From positions 24,435 to 88,434 of the forward strand of contig JACRMK010000009.1 in the NCBI GenBank assembly GCA_016235055.1: DNA of 64,000 nucleotides, given 5' to 3'. The notes under the pieces are model-generated. The model did no database searches. It was not told the DNA's origin and was given only the letters and a program-made list of their open reading frames with translations. Below are positions 32,700 through 40,750 of this stretch, piece by piece. The translations under genes were made by a program, and so were the position numbers. Position 1 is the first letter of the stretch, and each line of letters starts with the position of its first letter. The stretch comes from Chloroflexota bacterium (GTDB lineage: Bacteria > Chloroflexota > Anaerolineae > JACRMK01).

Positions 32700-34034
32700 A
32701 TGAAGCCCAGAGCCGGGCTTGGGATGCCAATCAGCGGACGAGAACCGACATCACTGACGAGTATGACGAATCGTTCTCTACAACAGCGCCGCCTGGCTTC
32801 GCAGCTCTATGACGAAGCATCCCGCCAGTTGGCGATCGGCAACTGCGCCGACGCCTACCATAAGTTCGGCCGCGTTCTCGACCTCGCCCCAGATTTCCCC
32901 GGCGCACGCCACAAGTGCGACGCGATTGAGCGACAGCAGCACTTCGAAGCGCAGTATCACGCTGCTATTCAACTGGCACTTTCCGGACGCTTCCGGGAGG
33001 CGCTGCGGGCATTCAGCGTCATCGACCCGGTCAGCGTGTACCACGCGCCCAGTCTCCACTGGGCACGAGTCGGACGCCGCGAACTGGCACATCAGGGCAA
33101 GCAAGCACAGCGTGCGCCATCAATACCGGTGACGCGCGCCACACTGTTGGCCACGCCTACCGTGATTGTTGCCATCTGTATGATTTTGTGGATGGGCACC
33201 AACGCCCTGATGGCCCCGCTGCCTGGCGCATCGCCTACGCCGCCGCACAGGGTCGAAGGCGAGTCGACGGTCCTGCCGTCAAATACGGCGTTCGTCCACG
33301 AAGCTGATCCTGCAGAAGCGCCCGATGATCAGGCCCCGATTGAAGAGCCGGACGACATGGCAGCAACGCCTGCCGGCACCGCGCCAGGAGAACCCGGCAG
33401 CACGCCGGGCGCGCCCACGGCGACCCTGGCGCCCGGCGCACCGACGCGGACCCCCGCACCGACGCGGCGCCCGACGACGACGCCCACCCGCGTCGTTGTT
33501 CAGTTCGTGCCCACACGCACCCCAACTGCGGTGCGTCCGCCAACGGCAACGAGCACCGCCGTCCTGCCGCCGCCAACCGCATCGGCGACGCCGGCGCCAT
33601 CCACGCCGACCATTGTCGCTCCAACGCCAGCCGCCACCAGCACACCCTTACCCACGGCCACCGTGGGCATAGTGATTGCCGCCAACCCGTCGCAAACGCC
33701 CGCCCCGAGCAACACGCCGGTGCCAACGTCCACGCCGGCGCCCGTTACGATTGTCGTTCACGCCTATGAGTATGACTTTAGCCCGGCAGAGATAAGCGTG
33801 ACCGCAGGCGCGCGCGTGCGATTGACGCTCGTCAATGACGGCGACACGACCTTCGACTGGGTGCTGCTCAACCCGAACGGGACCATCGCGGCCAAAGTGA
33901 TGGCGGGCGCCGGGCAAACGGTCACGGGCCAATTCACGGCGCCCACCGCGCCGGGCGCTTACAGCGTCGTCTGCGACATTTCGAACTATGCGCAGCTCGG
34001 CATGAAGGGCGTCGTCAATGTCACCGCCCGTTAG
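32700..34034 (+). CDS. Membrane protein: cytoplasmic TPR-like N-domain, TM helix, Pro/Thr linker, C-terminal cupredoxin-like domain with degenerate copper site
   Basis: The start is uncertain, with candidate Met codons at 32607, 32700, 32724 and 32763. TM TLLATPTVIVAICMILWMGT. C-terminal VVHAYEYDFSPAEISVTAGARVRLTLVNDGDTTFDW...YSVVCDISNYAQLGMKGVVNV. Confidence 0.6.
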   Translation: MKPRAGLGMPISGREPTSLTSMTNRSLQQRRLASQLYDEASRQLAIGNCADAYHKFGRVLDLAPDFPGARHKCDAIERQQHFEAQYHAAIQLALSGRFREALRAFSVIDPVSVYHAPSLHWARVGRRELAHQGKQAQRAPSIPVTRATLLATPTVIVAICMILWMGTNALMAPLPGASPTPPHRVEGESTVLPSNTAFVHEADPAEAPDDQAPIEEPDDMAATPAGTAPGEPGSTPGAPTATLAPGAPTRTPAPTRRPTTTPTRVVVQFVPTRTPTAVRPPTATSTAVLPPPTASATPAPSTPTIVAPTPAATSTPLPTATVGIVIAANPSQTPAPSNTPVPTSTPAPVTIVVHAYEYDFSPAEISVTAGARVRLTLVNDGDTTFDWVLLNPNGTIAAKVMAGAGQTVTGQFTAPTAPGAYSVVCDISNYAQLGMKGVVNVTAR

Positions 34035-34060
34035 CCACGCACGGTCGCGTCAGTCATAGT

Positions 34061-34573
34061 ATGGCGGAGTCGCTGCATGTTTCGCTGGCGCGCGCTGCGG
34101 TGAACGCTCAGGCACGAGCCGAACGCCTGCACATGCCGTTTGACCGTGTGCCGGGCGCACTACAGCAGCCGGCGGCATGTTTCGTCTCCATACACAAACA
34201 TGGTCGCCTGCGCGGCTGCATCGGAACGATTCACCCAACGGAAGCGACCCTCGCGCAGGAAATCGTCCGAAACGCCGTGCTGGCTTCGACGGAAGACCCG
34301 CGATTCATGCCCGTCGGCGCAGACGAATTGCCCGACCTCGACTATTCAGTTGATGTCCTGAGCGAACCCGAACCGATCGCATCGGCCGATCAACTGGATC
34401 CCAAGCGCTATGGCGTCATCGTCCGCTGCGGACGACGGCGCGGGTTGCTCTTGCCCGACCTGGAGGATGTCGATTCGGTCGCGACACAGGTATCCATTGC
34501 GCTGGACAAAGGTGGAATCGGTCACGATGAAGCGTACCAACTGTTTCGCTTTACCGTAAGCCGATTTCATTGA
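34061..34573 (+). CDS. AMMECR1 domain protein
   Basis: ACFVSIHKHGRLRGCIGTIHPTEATLAQEIVRNAVLASTEDPRF..V...EL..L.YSVDVLSEPE. Confidence 0.85.
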   Translation: MAESLHVSLARAAVNAQARAERLHMPFDRVPGALQQPAACFVSIHKHGRLRGCIGTIHPTEATLAQEIVRNAVLASTEDPRFMPVGADELPDLDYSVDVLSEPEPIASADQLDPKRYGVIVRCGRRRGLLLPDLEDVDSVATQVSIALDKGGIGHDEAYQLFRFTVSRFH

Positions 34574-34583
34574 CATACGCTGC

Positions 34584-34620
34584 AAAAAAGGCCCTCGCGT
34601 TCGCGGGGGCCTTCTTGTTC
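34584..34620. terminator. Bidirectional intrinsic terminator between convergent genes
   Basis: aaaaaa + 11-bp stem (aaggccctcgc / gcgggggcctt, one G-U) with loop gttc, 34588-34613, + cttcttgtt. A-run on one side and T-rich run on the other. Confidence 0.7.
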
Positions 34621-34635
34621 GCCACCAGACGGCGA

Positions 34636-35052
34636 CTACTGCGCGGTGATCTTACCCGACATGCCGGCCTCTTTGTGGCCGGCCACGTCGCAGATAAGAT
34701 TGTATGTACCAGCTGCGGGCAGCGTGAACTCGCCGCTGCCGGTCTTTCCCACCGGCACCGTAAACTTGAAGACGACCTTCCCAGACGAATCGGTGACCAC
34801 CCAGTTATGGTCAACCGCGCCACGGTTCGTCATGGTCACCTTGACGCTTTCACCCGCCTTCAGCGCGAAGCTGTTCGGCTCAAACTTGAAGTCGGATGCG
34901 GTCACTTTGATCTCCCGCGAACCGCTTGACCCCCCGGACGGCGCAACCACCCCACCAGACGGCGGCGCATAGTTGCCGCCGCAGGCTGCCAGCGCAAGCG
35001 CGACGGCCAGAGCAAGCGCTGCCCATACTGGCGGCTTGAACCACTTAATCAT
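34636..35052 (-). CDS. Lipoprotein cupredoxin (plastocyanin/azurin-like blue copper protein)
   Basis: Signal peptide with lipobox LALAACGG. Copper ligands are present: DHNW (His) and ICDVAGHKEAGM (Cys-x4-His-x4-Met). Confidence 0.85.
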   Translation of the reverse strand: MIKWFKPPVWAALALAVALALAACGGNYAPPSGGVVAPSGGSSGSREIKVTASDFKFEPNSFALKAGESVKVTMTNRGAVDHNWVVTDSSGKVVFKFTVPVGKTGSGEFTLPAAGTYNLICDVAGHKEAGMSGKITAQ

Positions 35053-35326
35053 CGCAAATCCTCCCCTATGAATTGTGTCGATGTGTGCATTATTGCACTA
35101 GACAAATACATTTTATTATATCATCTTGAATTGGTGAGGTCAAAATTCGGTGCACCATTTTTCGTCCGCTGCCACCCGGCCAACGCGTCTCGATCGTGTT
35201 GACGTGGGTGGCTCAGCGACGGCCCCTCGCTGATGGGAGTCGCCAACGATTTGTGATGGCTGACGTCGGCATGACGGGCTCGCGAATTCCGAAGTTTGAC
35301 GGCACGCCCCACGGCATATACCGTTC

Positions 35327-35355
35327 TTGACAGCCGCAAGCCTTCGTTGTATAAG
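35327..35355 (+). promoter_or_regulatory. Candidate sigma70-type promoter of the first ABC importer operon
   Basis: TTGACA (35327-35332), 17-nt spacer, TATAAG (35350-35355). About 180-nt leader to ATG 35535. Sits in a comparatively AT-rich divergent intergenic region. Confidence 0.5.
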
Positions 35356-35534
35356 GTTGTAACTTCAAATCGGCGTCACGGGCAGCGGTTATCTTCGTAG
35401 AAAGATGTAACGCCGCCCGTTCTGTCTATATGCCGGTTGAACGAAGGAGGTGAGCGCCTGCACGTGTAGCGTAGACCGCCTTTCGCCTATCCATCGATCT
35501 GTAGTGACACATTGCCTCTGGAGGAGGAGATTTC

Positions 35535-37364
35535 ATGTCTGTCAAGAACCACACGTGGCCCGTGCTTGCCGTCATGGCGATGGTGATTGCCCTGTTCACC
35601 GCCTGCGGCGCCCCGACCAACCCGACCACCGCTCCCGCCGCCCCGACGACCGCCGCGCCCGCTACGGGTCCCACGACCACCTCGTCGGCCCCGACGACTG
35701 CCGCGCCGGCTGCCGCGCGCGGTACATGCGGCACGCTGCGCTTGCTCTGGTGGCAGGCGCCGACGATCGCCAACCCTCACCTGGCGACTGGCACCAAGGA
35801 TTATGACGTTTCGCGTGTCGTGTACGAGCCGCTGGCCGGCATGGGCCCCGATGGCGTGCCGGACATCCGCTACGGGCTCGCCGCAGAACTGCCGACACTC
35901 CAGAATGGAGGCGTCAGCGCCGACGGCAAGTCGATCACCTGGAAGCTGAAGCAGGGCGTGAAGTGGCACGACGGCTCGGCGTTCACCGCCGATGACGTCG
36001 TCTTCACTTATCAGTTTGCTTCGGACAAGGCTACGGCGGCCACATCGTCCGCGATGTTCGCTGATATCGACAAGATCGAGAAACTCGACGATTTCACCGT
36101 CAAACTCACCTGGAAAGCGCCAAATGCGACGCCGTATCAGGCATTCGTCGGCTACCTGGGCATGATCATTCAGAAGAAGGCGTTCCAGGACTACATGGGC
36201 GCCAAGGCGAAGGACGCCCCGGGCAACCTGAAGCCGATCGGAACCGGCGCGTACAAGATGCGCGAGTTCAAGCCGAACGATCAGGCCACGTTCGACATGA
36301 ATGAGAACTACCGCGAAGCGGGCAAGCCGTGCTTCAAGGAAGTCATCATGAAGGGCGGCGGCGACGCCACCAGCGCGGCGCGCGCCGTGCTGCAGACGGG
36401 TGACGTGGACTATGCCTGGAACCTGCAGGTGGCGGCCGATGTGCTGAAGGATCTGGCGAAGGGCGGCAAGGGCGACGTCGTCATCAACCTTGGCGCCAGC
36501 GTCGAGCGCATCCAGTTCAACCGCGCCAACCCGGACCCGGCGCTGGGCGACAAGCGCGCCGAGCCGGATCAGCCGAATCTGTTCTTCACCGATCCCAAAG
36601 TTCGCCTGGCGCTCTCTCTGGCGTCTGACCGGAAGACGATCGCCGAACAGTTGTACGGCGGCAAGGATTACACCGGCGGCGAGACCTGCAATATCCTTGT
36701 GTCTCCGGCGCCGATCGTGTCCACGACGAAGTTCGAGGGTTGCGAATTCAATCTCGATAAGGCGAACAAGTTGCTGGACGACGCCGGCTGGGCCAAGGGC
36801 TCGGACGGCCTCCGCCACAAGGTGGTGAACGGCAAAGACGTCAAGATGCAGTTCGTCTACCAGACGAGCGTGAACCCGGTGCGCCAGTCGACCCAGGAGA
36901 TCATCAAGCAGAGCTGGGAAAAGCTGGGCGTCAAGGTCGAGTTGAAGTCGGTGCAAGCGGGGGTGTTCTTCTCCGATGACGTGGCCAACCCGGACACGTA
37001 CCCGCACTTCTTCACCGATGTCCAGATGTACACCAACGGGCCGAGCGCGCCGGACGACATCGCGTATGTGCGCGCGTTTACATGCGAGAAGCGCAACAGC
37101 AAGGCGAACGAGTGGCGCGGCACGAACGTCGAGCGCTACTGCAGCCCGGACTTCGACAAGATCATCGATGCGCTGTCGAAGGAGATCGATCCCGCCAAGC
37201 GCATTGTGCTTTACAAGCAGGTCAATGACCAGTTGATGAACGACACGGTCATGATCCCGCTGGTGCAGCGCAATGGCACGCAGGCCCGCTCGAAGGACCT
37301 CAAGGGCGTCGTTCCCAACACCTGGGACAGCAACCTGTGGAACCTCGCGGACTGGCGCAAGTAG
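35535..37364 (+). CDS. ABC transporter substrate-binding lipoprotein, family 5 (peptide/nickel/opine type)
   Basis: GGAGGAGG RBS. Lipobox ALFTACG followed by a Pro/Thr/Ala linker. SBP_bac_5-like body (WKLKQGVKWHDGSAFTADDVVFTY). Confidence 0.85.
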   Translation: MSVKNHTWPVLAVMAMVIALFTACGAPTNPTTAPAAPTTAAPATGPTTTSSAPTTAAPAAARGTCGTLRLLWWQAPTIANPHLATGTKDYDVSRVVYEPLAGMGPDGVPDIRYGLAAELPTLQNGGVSADGKSITWKLKQGVKWHDGSAFTADDVVFTYQFASDKATAATSSAMFADIDKIEKLDDFTVKLTWKAPNATPYQAFVGYLGMIIQKKAFQDYMGAKAKDAPGNLKPIGTGAYKMREFKPNDQATFDMNENYREAGKPCFKEVIMKGGGDATSAARAVLQTGDVDYAWNLQVAADVLKDLAKGGKGDVVINLGASVERIQFNRANPDPALGDKRAEPDQPNLFFTDPKVRLALSLASDRKTIAEQLYGGKDYTGGETCNILVSPAPIVSTTKFEGCEFNLDKANKLLDDAGWAKGSDGLRHKVVNGKDVKMQFVYQTSVNPVRQSTQEIIKQSWEKLGVKVELKSVQAGVFFSDDVANPDTYPHFFTDVQMYTNGPSAPDDIAYVRAFTCEKRNSKANEWRGTNVERYCSPDFDKIIDALSKEIDPAKRIVLYKQVNDQLMNDTVMIPLVQRNGTQARSKDLKGVVPNTWDSNLWNLADWRK

Positions 37365-37499
37365 CATGACCTGGACATGGGGGCGGCATAGCCGCCCCCA
37401 TGTCTGAGTTTGACGACGATCGCGGTTGCTGGCACAAAGCAACAGGAGCGGTGCGCCGACCGCCGGCGAACCGCTTCGATCCCGCACTCAGGGCATGAC

Positions 37500-38480
37500 A
37501 TGAACCGATACCTGATTCGCCGGCTTTTGTTCGCGCTTCCAACATTGCTTGCAATCAGTTTCATCATCTATGCAATCATATCGCTGGCTCCCGGGGACCC
37601 GCTATCGCAATTTGCCGCCAACCCCGCCGTTCCGCCCGAAGTGCGGGAGAACATTCGCCGCTCGCTGGGCCTTGACAAGCCGTGGTACGAGCGATACTTC
37701 TCGTGGCTGATCTCGCTAGTGACCGAGGGCAACATGGGCTTCTCATTCAGCAGCCGCCTGCCGGTCACGGAGCTCATCTTCAAATATCGGTTGCTGCCCA
37801 GCCTGTGGGTGGTGGGCGTGGCGTACATTCTCAGCGTTTTGCTCGCGATTCCACTCGGTATTCTCTCTGCGGTCAAGCAGTACTCGATCTTTGACCAGTT
37901 CGCCTCGACGCTGTCGTTTATCGGCTTCTCCGTGCCGACATTCTTTACCGGCACGATGGCTATTCTAATATTCGGGGTCAGCCTCAACTGGTTCCCATGG
38001 ATCTTTGATTCGTCGATTGTCGATAACTTCTTCATCAAGGGCGACCTAAGTTACTTTGGGGCCCTCGTAAAGCAGTCGGTATTGCCTGTGATGGTGCTGG
38101 GATTTTTCCAGACCGCCACGTTGATGCGCTACGTGCGCGCCTCTATGCTGGAGAATCTTCCGCTGGATTACGTGCGCACGGCGCGTTCAAAGGGCCTGAG
38201 CGAGCGACTGGTGATCGTGCGTCACGTCATGCGCAATTCGCTTATCCCGGTCGTGACGCTGGTTGCCCTGCAGTTGCCGGCCGTGTTCACGGGCGCCATT
38301 GTGACTGAGCAGATCTTTCGCGTGCCGGGCATCGGCTCCCTGATCGTAAGCGCGGTGGATACCAAAGACACACCCGTGGTTATGGCGGTGACGATCATCT
38401 ACTCGGTGCTGGTCGTTGTGTTCAACCTGCTGGCGGACATGATATACGGATTCCTGGATCCGCGTATCAAATACTCCTGA
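37500..38480 (+). CDS. ABC transporter permease (DppB/OppB-like)
   Basis: ATG 37500 (MNRYLIRRLLFALPTLLAISFIIY). EAA-loop region YVRTARSKGLSERLVIVRHVMRNSLIPVVT. Confidence 0.9.
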   Translation: MNRYLIRRLLFALPTLLAISFIIYAIISLAPGDPLSQFAANPAVPPEVRENIRRSLGLDKPWYERYFSWLISLVTEGNMGFSFSSRLPVTELIFKYRLLPSLWVVGVAYILSVLLAIPLGILSAVKQYSIFDQFASTLSFIGFSVPTFFTGTMAILIFGVSLNWFPWIFDSSIVDNFFIKGDLSYFGALVKQSVLPVMVLGFFQTATLMRYVRASMLENLPLDYVRTARSKGLSERLVIVRHVMRNSLIPVVTLVALQLPAVFTGAIVTEQIFRVPGIGSLIVSAVDTKDTPVVMAVTIIYSVLVVVFNLLADMIYGFLDPRIKYS

Positions 38481-38503
38481 ATGGGGGCCGAAAGCGATCT
38501 TCC

Positions 38504-39445
38504 ATGGCACACGCAGACGTCATCTCGGCCCGCGCCGCGCAGGTATCCACCGAAGGACTGAGCCGCAAGCCGCGCTCCCTCTGGAGCAACGCGTGGCGGC
38601 AGTATCGCTACAACAAGACGGCGATGTTCGGACTGTTTGTGCTGATTGTCATGGTGCTGGCGACGGCGGTTGGCCCGTTCCTGTACACTGAGAACAGCAG
38701 TACCATTGACTTTCAGCGCAAGCGCAACGCGCCGTCGCTTGAGCACCCGTTTGGCACCAACGAGAAGGGGCAGGACCAGCTTGGCCGTGCGCTAAACGGC
38801 GGCCGCATCTCCATCGCCGTCGGATTGGCCGCCATGGTGCTCGCCATTACGCTCGGCACGACGGTTGGGGCGCTGTCCGGCTTCTTTGGCGGCACGCTTG
38901 ATGCGTGGCTGATGCGCATTACGGAGTTGTTCCTGTCGCTGCCGCTGCTTCCGGTCCTGCTCATGACGATCTATCTGTTCAAGGATCCGCTGCGCGAGCT
39001 GTTCGGATTGCAACTCGGCGTGTTCCTGCTCATCGTCGTGTTGATCGGCGGTTTCAACTGGATGGCCGTGGCGCGCATCGTGCGCGCCCAGTTCATGTCC
39101 GTGAAGCAGAAGGAGTTCGTCGAAGCGGCACATTGCGTTGGCACGCGTACAACGGGCATTATTATGCGGCACATTCTGCCCAATGTGCTGTCGCCCGTTA
39201 TTGTGGCGGCGACACTTTCGGTGGGCTCGGCTATTGTGACGGAGTCCACCTTGTCGTTTCTCGGCCTCGGTTTCCCACCCGACTTCCCCACCTGGGGACG
39301 TATGCTATTCGATGCGCAGGACTACCTGACCCTGTCGCCCCACATCGCCTTCTTCCCGGGGCTGATGATCTTTCTCACCGTACTGTCTATCAATTACGTC
39401 GGCGATGGTCTCCGCGATGCACTTGACCCGCGCAAGACGCGCTAG
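38504..39445 (+). CDS. ABC transporter permease (DppC/OppC-like)
   Basis: SRKPRSLWSNAWRQYRYNKTAMFG N-terminus. FVEAAHCVGTRTTGIIMRHILPNVLSPVIV EAA loop. Confidence 0.9.
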   Translation: MAHADVISARAAQVSTEGLSRKPRSLWSNAWRQYRYNKTAMFGLFVLIVMVLATAVGPFLYTENSSTIDFQRKRNAPSLEHPFGTNEKGQDQLGRALNGGRISIAVGLAAMVLAITLGTTVGALSGFFGGTLDAWLMRITELFLSLPLLPVLLMTIYLFKDPLRELFGLQLGVFLLIVVLIGGFNWMAVARIVRAQFMSVKQKEFVEAAHCVGTRTTGIIMRHILPNVLSPVIVAATLSVGSAIVTESTLSFLGLGFPPDFPTWGRMLFDAQDYLTLSPHIAFFPGLMIFLTVLSINYVGDGLRDALDPRKTR

Positions 39446-39559
39446 GCAGCCGCCCGCCGCAATCAGTGCCGGCGGGGTGCGAAAGCGATTTGCGCGATTT
39501 GGAGTTCCAGCGCAGAATACGCGCGTAGGACAAAGTCCATCGCAAAGGAGGTGATTGGC

Positions 39560-39706
39560 ATGCTGTATAACCCGCAAGCGCGTGGACAGGGGCTGGTCGA
39601 GTACGCACTGATCCTGGTGCTGGTGGCGGTCGTGGTCATCGCGATCCTGACGCTGCTGGGCCCGGCGGTCGGCAACGTGTTTAGTGCGATCAAGAACGCG
39701 TTCTAA
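39560..39706 (+). CDS. Flp/Fap-family type IVb pilin (48 aa; below the ORF-track size cut-off)
   Basis: AAAGGAGGTGA RBS 7 nt upstream of ATG 39560. MLYNPQARGQGLVEYALILVLVAVVVIAILTLLGPAVGNVFSAIKNAF. Flp processing motif G/xxxxEY (G9-QGLV-EY) followed by a hydrophobic helix. Terminator follows. Confidence 0.75.
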   Translation: MLYNPQARGQGLVEYALILVLVAVVVIAILTLLGPAVGNVFSAIKNAF

Positions 39707-39741
39707 GTTCATCCCCAAAGTACACGATCTTCTTTATCACC

Positions 39742-39779
39742 CCGGAGTCGCTGCATCGTCGGCGACTCCGGCTTTTTTG
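39742..39779 (+). terminator. Intrinsic terminator after the Flp pilin gene
   Basis: Perfect 10-bp stem ccggagtcgc (39742-39751) / gcgactccgg (39762-39771), then cttttttgt. Confidence 0.75.
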
Positions 39780-39865
39780 TACTCGTCAGCCCGGTCGGCC
39801 ACGCCCCGTCTCTTCCGCCAGGCGCGCGGGGCCCGCCCTGATCAGGCGCCGCCGCGCATGCACGC

Positions 39866-40140
39866 CAGCAATTCTCAATTTGGAGTCGGCTGCCAATATG
39901 CCCCCTCATCCCCTGCCCCTTCTCCCCCGCGCGCGGGGGAGAAGGGGAAAAACTAACGGGGAGGTGCGCGGCGGCTGCGCCGCGGCGCACCTCCCCGTAG
40001 AATCTCTCCCCCTCCCAACTTCGGGGGGAGGGAAGCACTCATTATTCGTCGAATTGGCTTGCGTGATAAGCACCTGAACTCCAGCGCATGACAAGCCGAC
40101 ATTGGAACGTACCCGGCCATAGCCAAATTGGGAATTGCTG
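39866..40140. mobile_element. MITE-like non-autonomous element, copy 1 (275 bp)
   Basis: 18-nt terminal inverted repeats CAGCAATTCTCAATTTGG (39866-39883) / CCAAATTGGGAATTGCTG (40123-40140). Perfect 9-bp flanking direct repeat CATGCACGC (39857-39865 and 40141-40149). Interior holds three GC-rich hairpins plus a ~120-nt conserved tail. No transposase. Confidence 0.8.
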
Positions 40141-40159
40141 CATGCACGCCTGTCGGCAG

Positions 40160-40189
40160 TTGAATGGCCGGCACAGGTTGTGCTAGAAT
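40160..40189 (+). promoter_or_regulatory. Candidate promoter of hsp20
   Basis: TTGAAT (40160-40165), 18-nt spacer, TAGAAT (40184-40189) preceded by TGC (extended -10 like). Lies 20 nt downstream of the MITE end. Confidence 0.45.
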
Positions 40190-40242
40190 AACGCACGAGG
40201 GCAGGGATCGAACCGTCATGAATGAGACGCTAGGAGTACGCG

Positions 40243-40704
40243 ATGCATGATAACCGCAAGCATGTGTTGGGCGAATTTGACCAGATGTTTCGCGATTTCG
40301 ATCGCTTCTTCGACAACTTGACCGGCGCCGGGCGGCTGGTGTCGTCAACCAACCGGGCGTGGTCGCCGCCAACCGACGTCTACGCCACGGATACCAGTGT
40401 CATTGTCAAGATCGAGATCGGCGGCATGCATCGTGAGGACTTCAGCGTCTCGTTTGACCAGGGCGTATTAACCGTCTCCGGCACGCGGCTCGACCCGTCC
40501 GACAAGCTGGCCTACCAGCGCCTGGAAATCGCGTACGGCGACTTCATGACCCAGGTGCACGTGCCATGGCCTGTCGACGACGACAAGATTGGGGCTGAGT
40601 ATAATCACGGCTTTCTATATGTCATGCTTCCCAAGAAAAAGATCGAGACGACTCGCATACCGGTTAAATACACGGATGAGGGCGAAAACGATCTTTCCGA
40701 ATAG
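40243..40704 (+). CDS. Hsp20/alpha-crystallin family small heat-shock protein
   Basis: WSPPTDVYATDTSVIVKIEIGGMHREDFSVSFDQGVLTVSGTR...IAYGDFMTQVHVPWPVDDDKIGAEYNHGFLYVMLPK. Confidence 0.9.
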   Translation: MHDNRKHVLGEFDQMFRDFDRFFDNLTGAGRLVSSTNRAWSPPTDVYATDTSVIVKIEIGGMHREDFSVSFDQGVLTVSGTRLDPSDKLAYQRLEIAYGDFMTQVHVPWPVDDDKIGAEYNHGFLYVMLPKKKIETTRIPVKYTDEGENDLSE

Positions 40705-40750
40705 CCATTAGCGCGGCGACGCCGCCAGACCAGGTCAATTTGGAGTCATA

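Noticed and set aside
35441-35806. Perfect SD-like AAGGAGGTGA at 35441-35450 in the leader of the first ABC operon, with ORF 35450..35806 or a minimal GTG-TAG start-stop 13 nt downstream.
   Set aside because: The GTG of the 118-aa ORF is part of the SD itself, so there is no spacer. Its product is Arg/Cys-rich and overlaps the SBP gene out of frame. The start-stop idea rests on a 13-nt spacing and cannot be supported from sequence alone.
39880-40196. ORF-track entries across the repeat elements (39880..40077, 39906..40196, 39953..40372, 60378..60578, 60403..60606, 60431..60634, 60274..60771), and the idea that the three-hairpin region is a structured ncRNA or riboswitch.
   Set aside because: These ORFs exist on both strands only because of GC-rich palindromes. 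The whole unit is bounded by 18-nt inverted repeats and 9-bp target duplications and recurs three times. A MITE explains it better than a gene or riboswitch.
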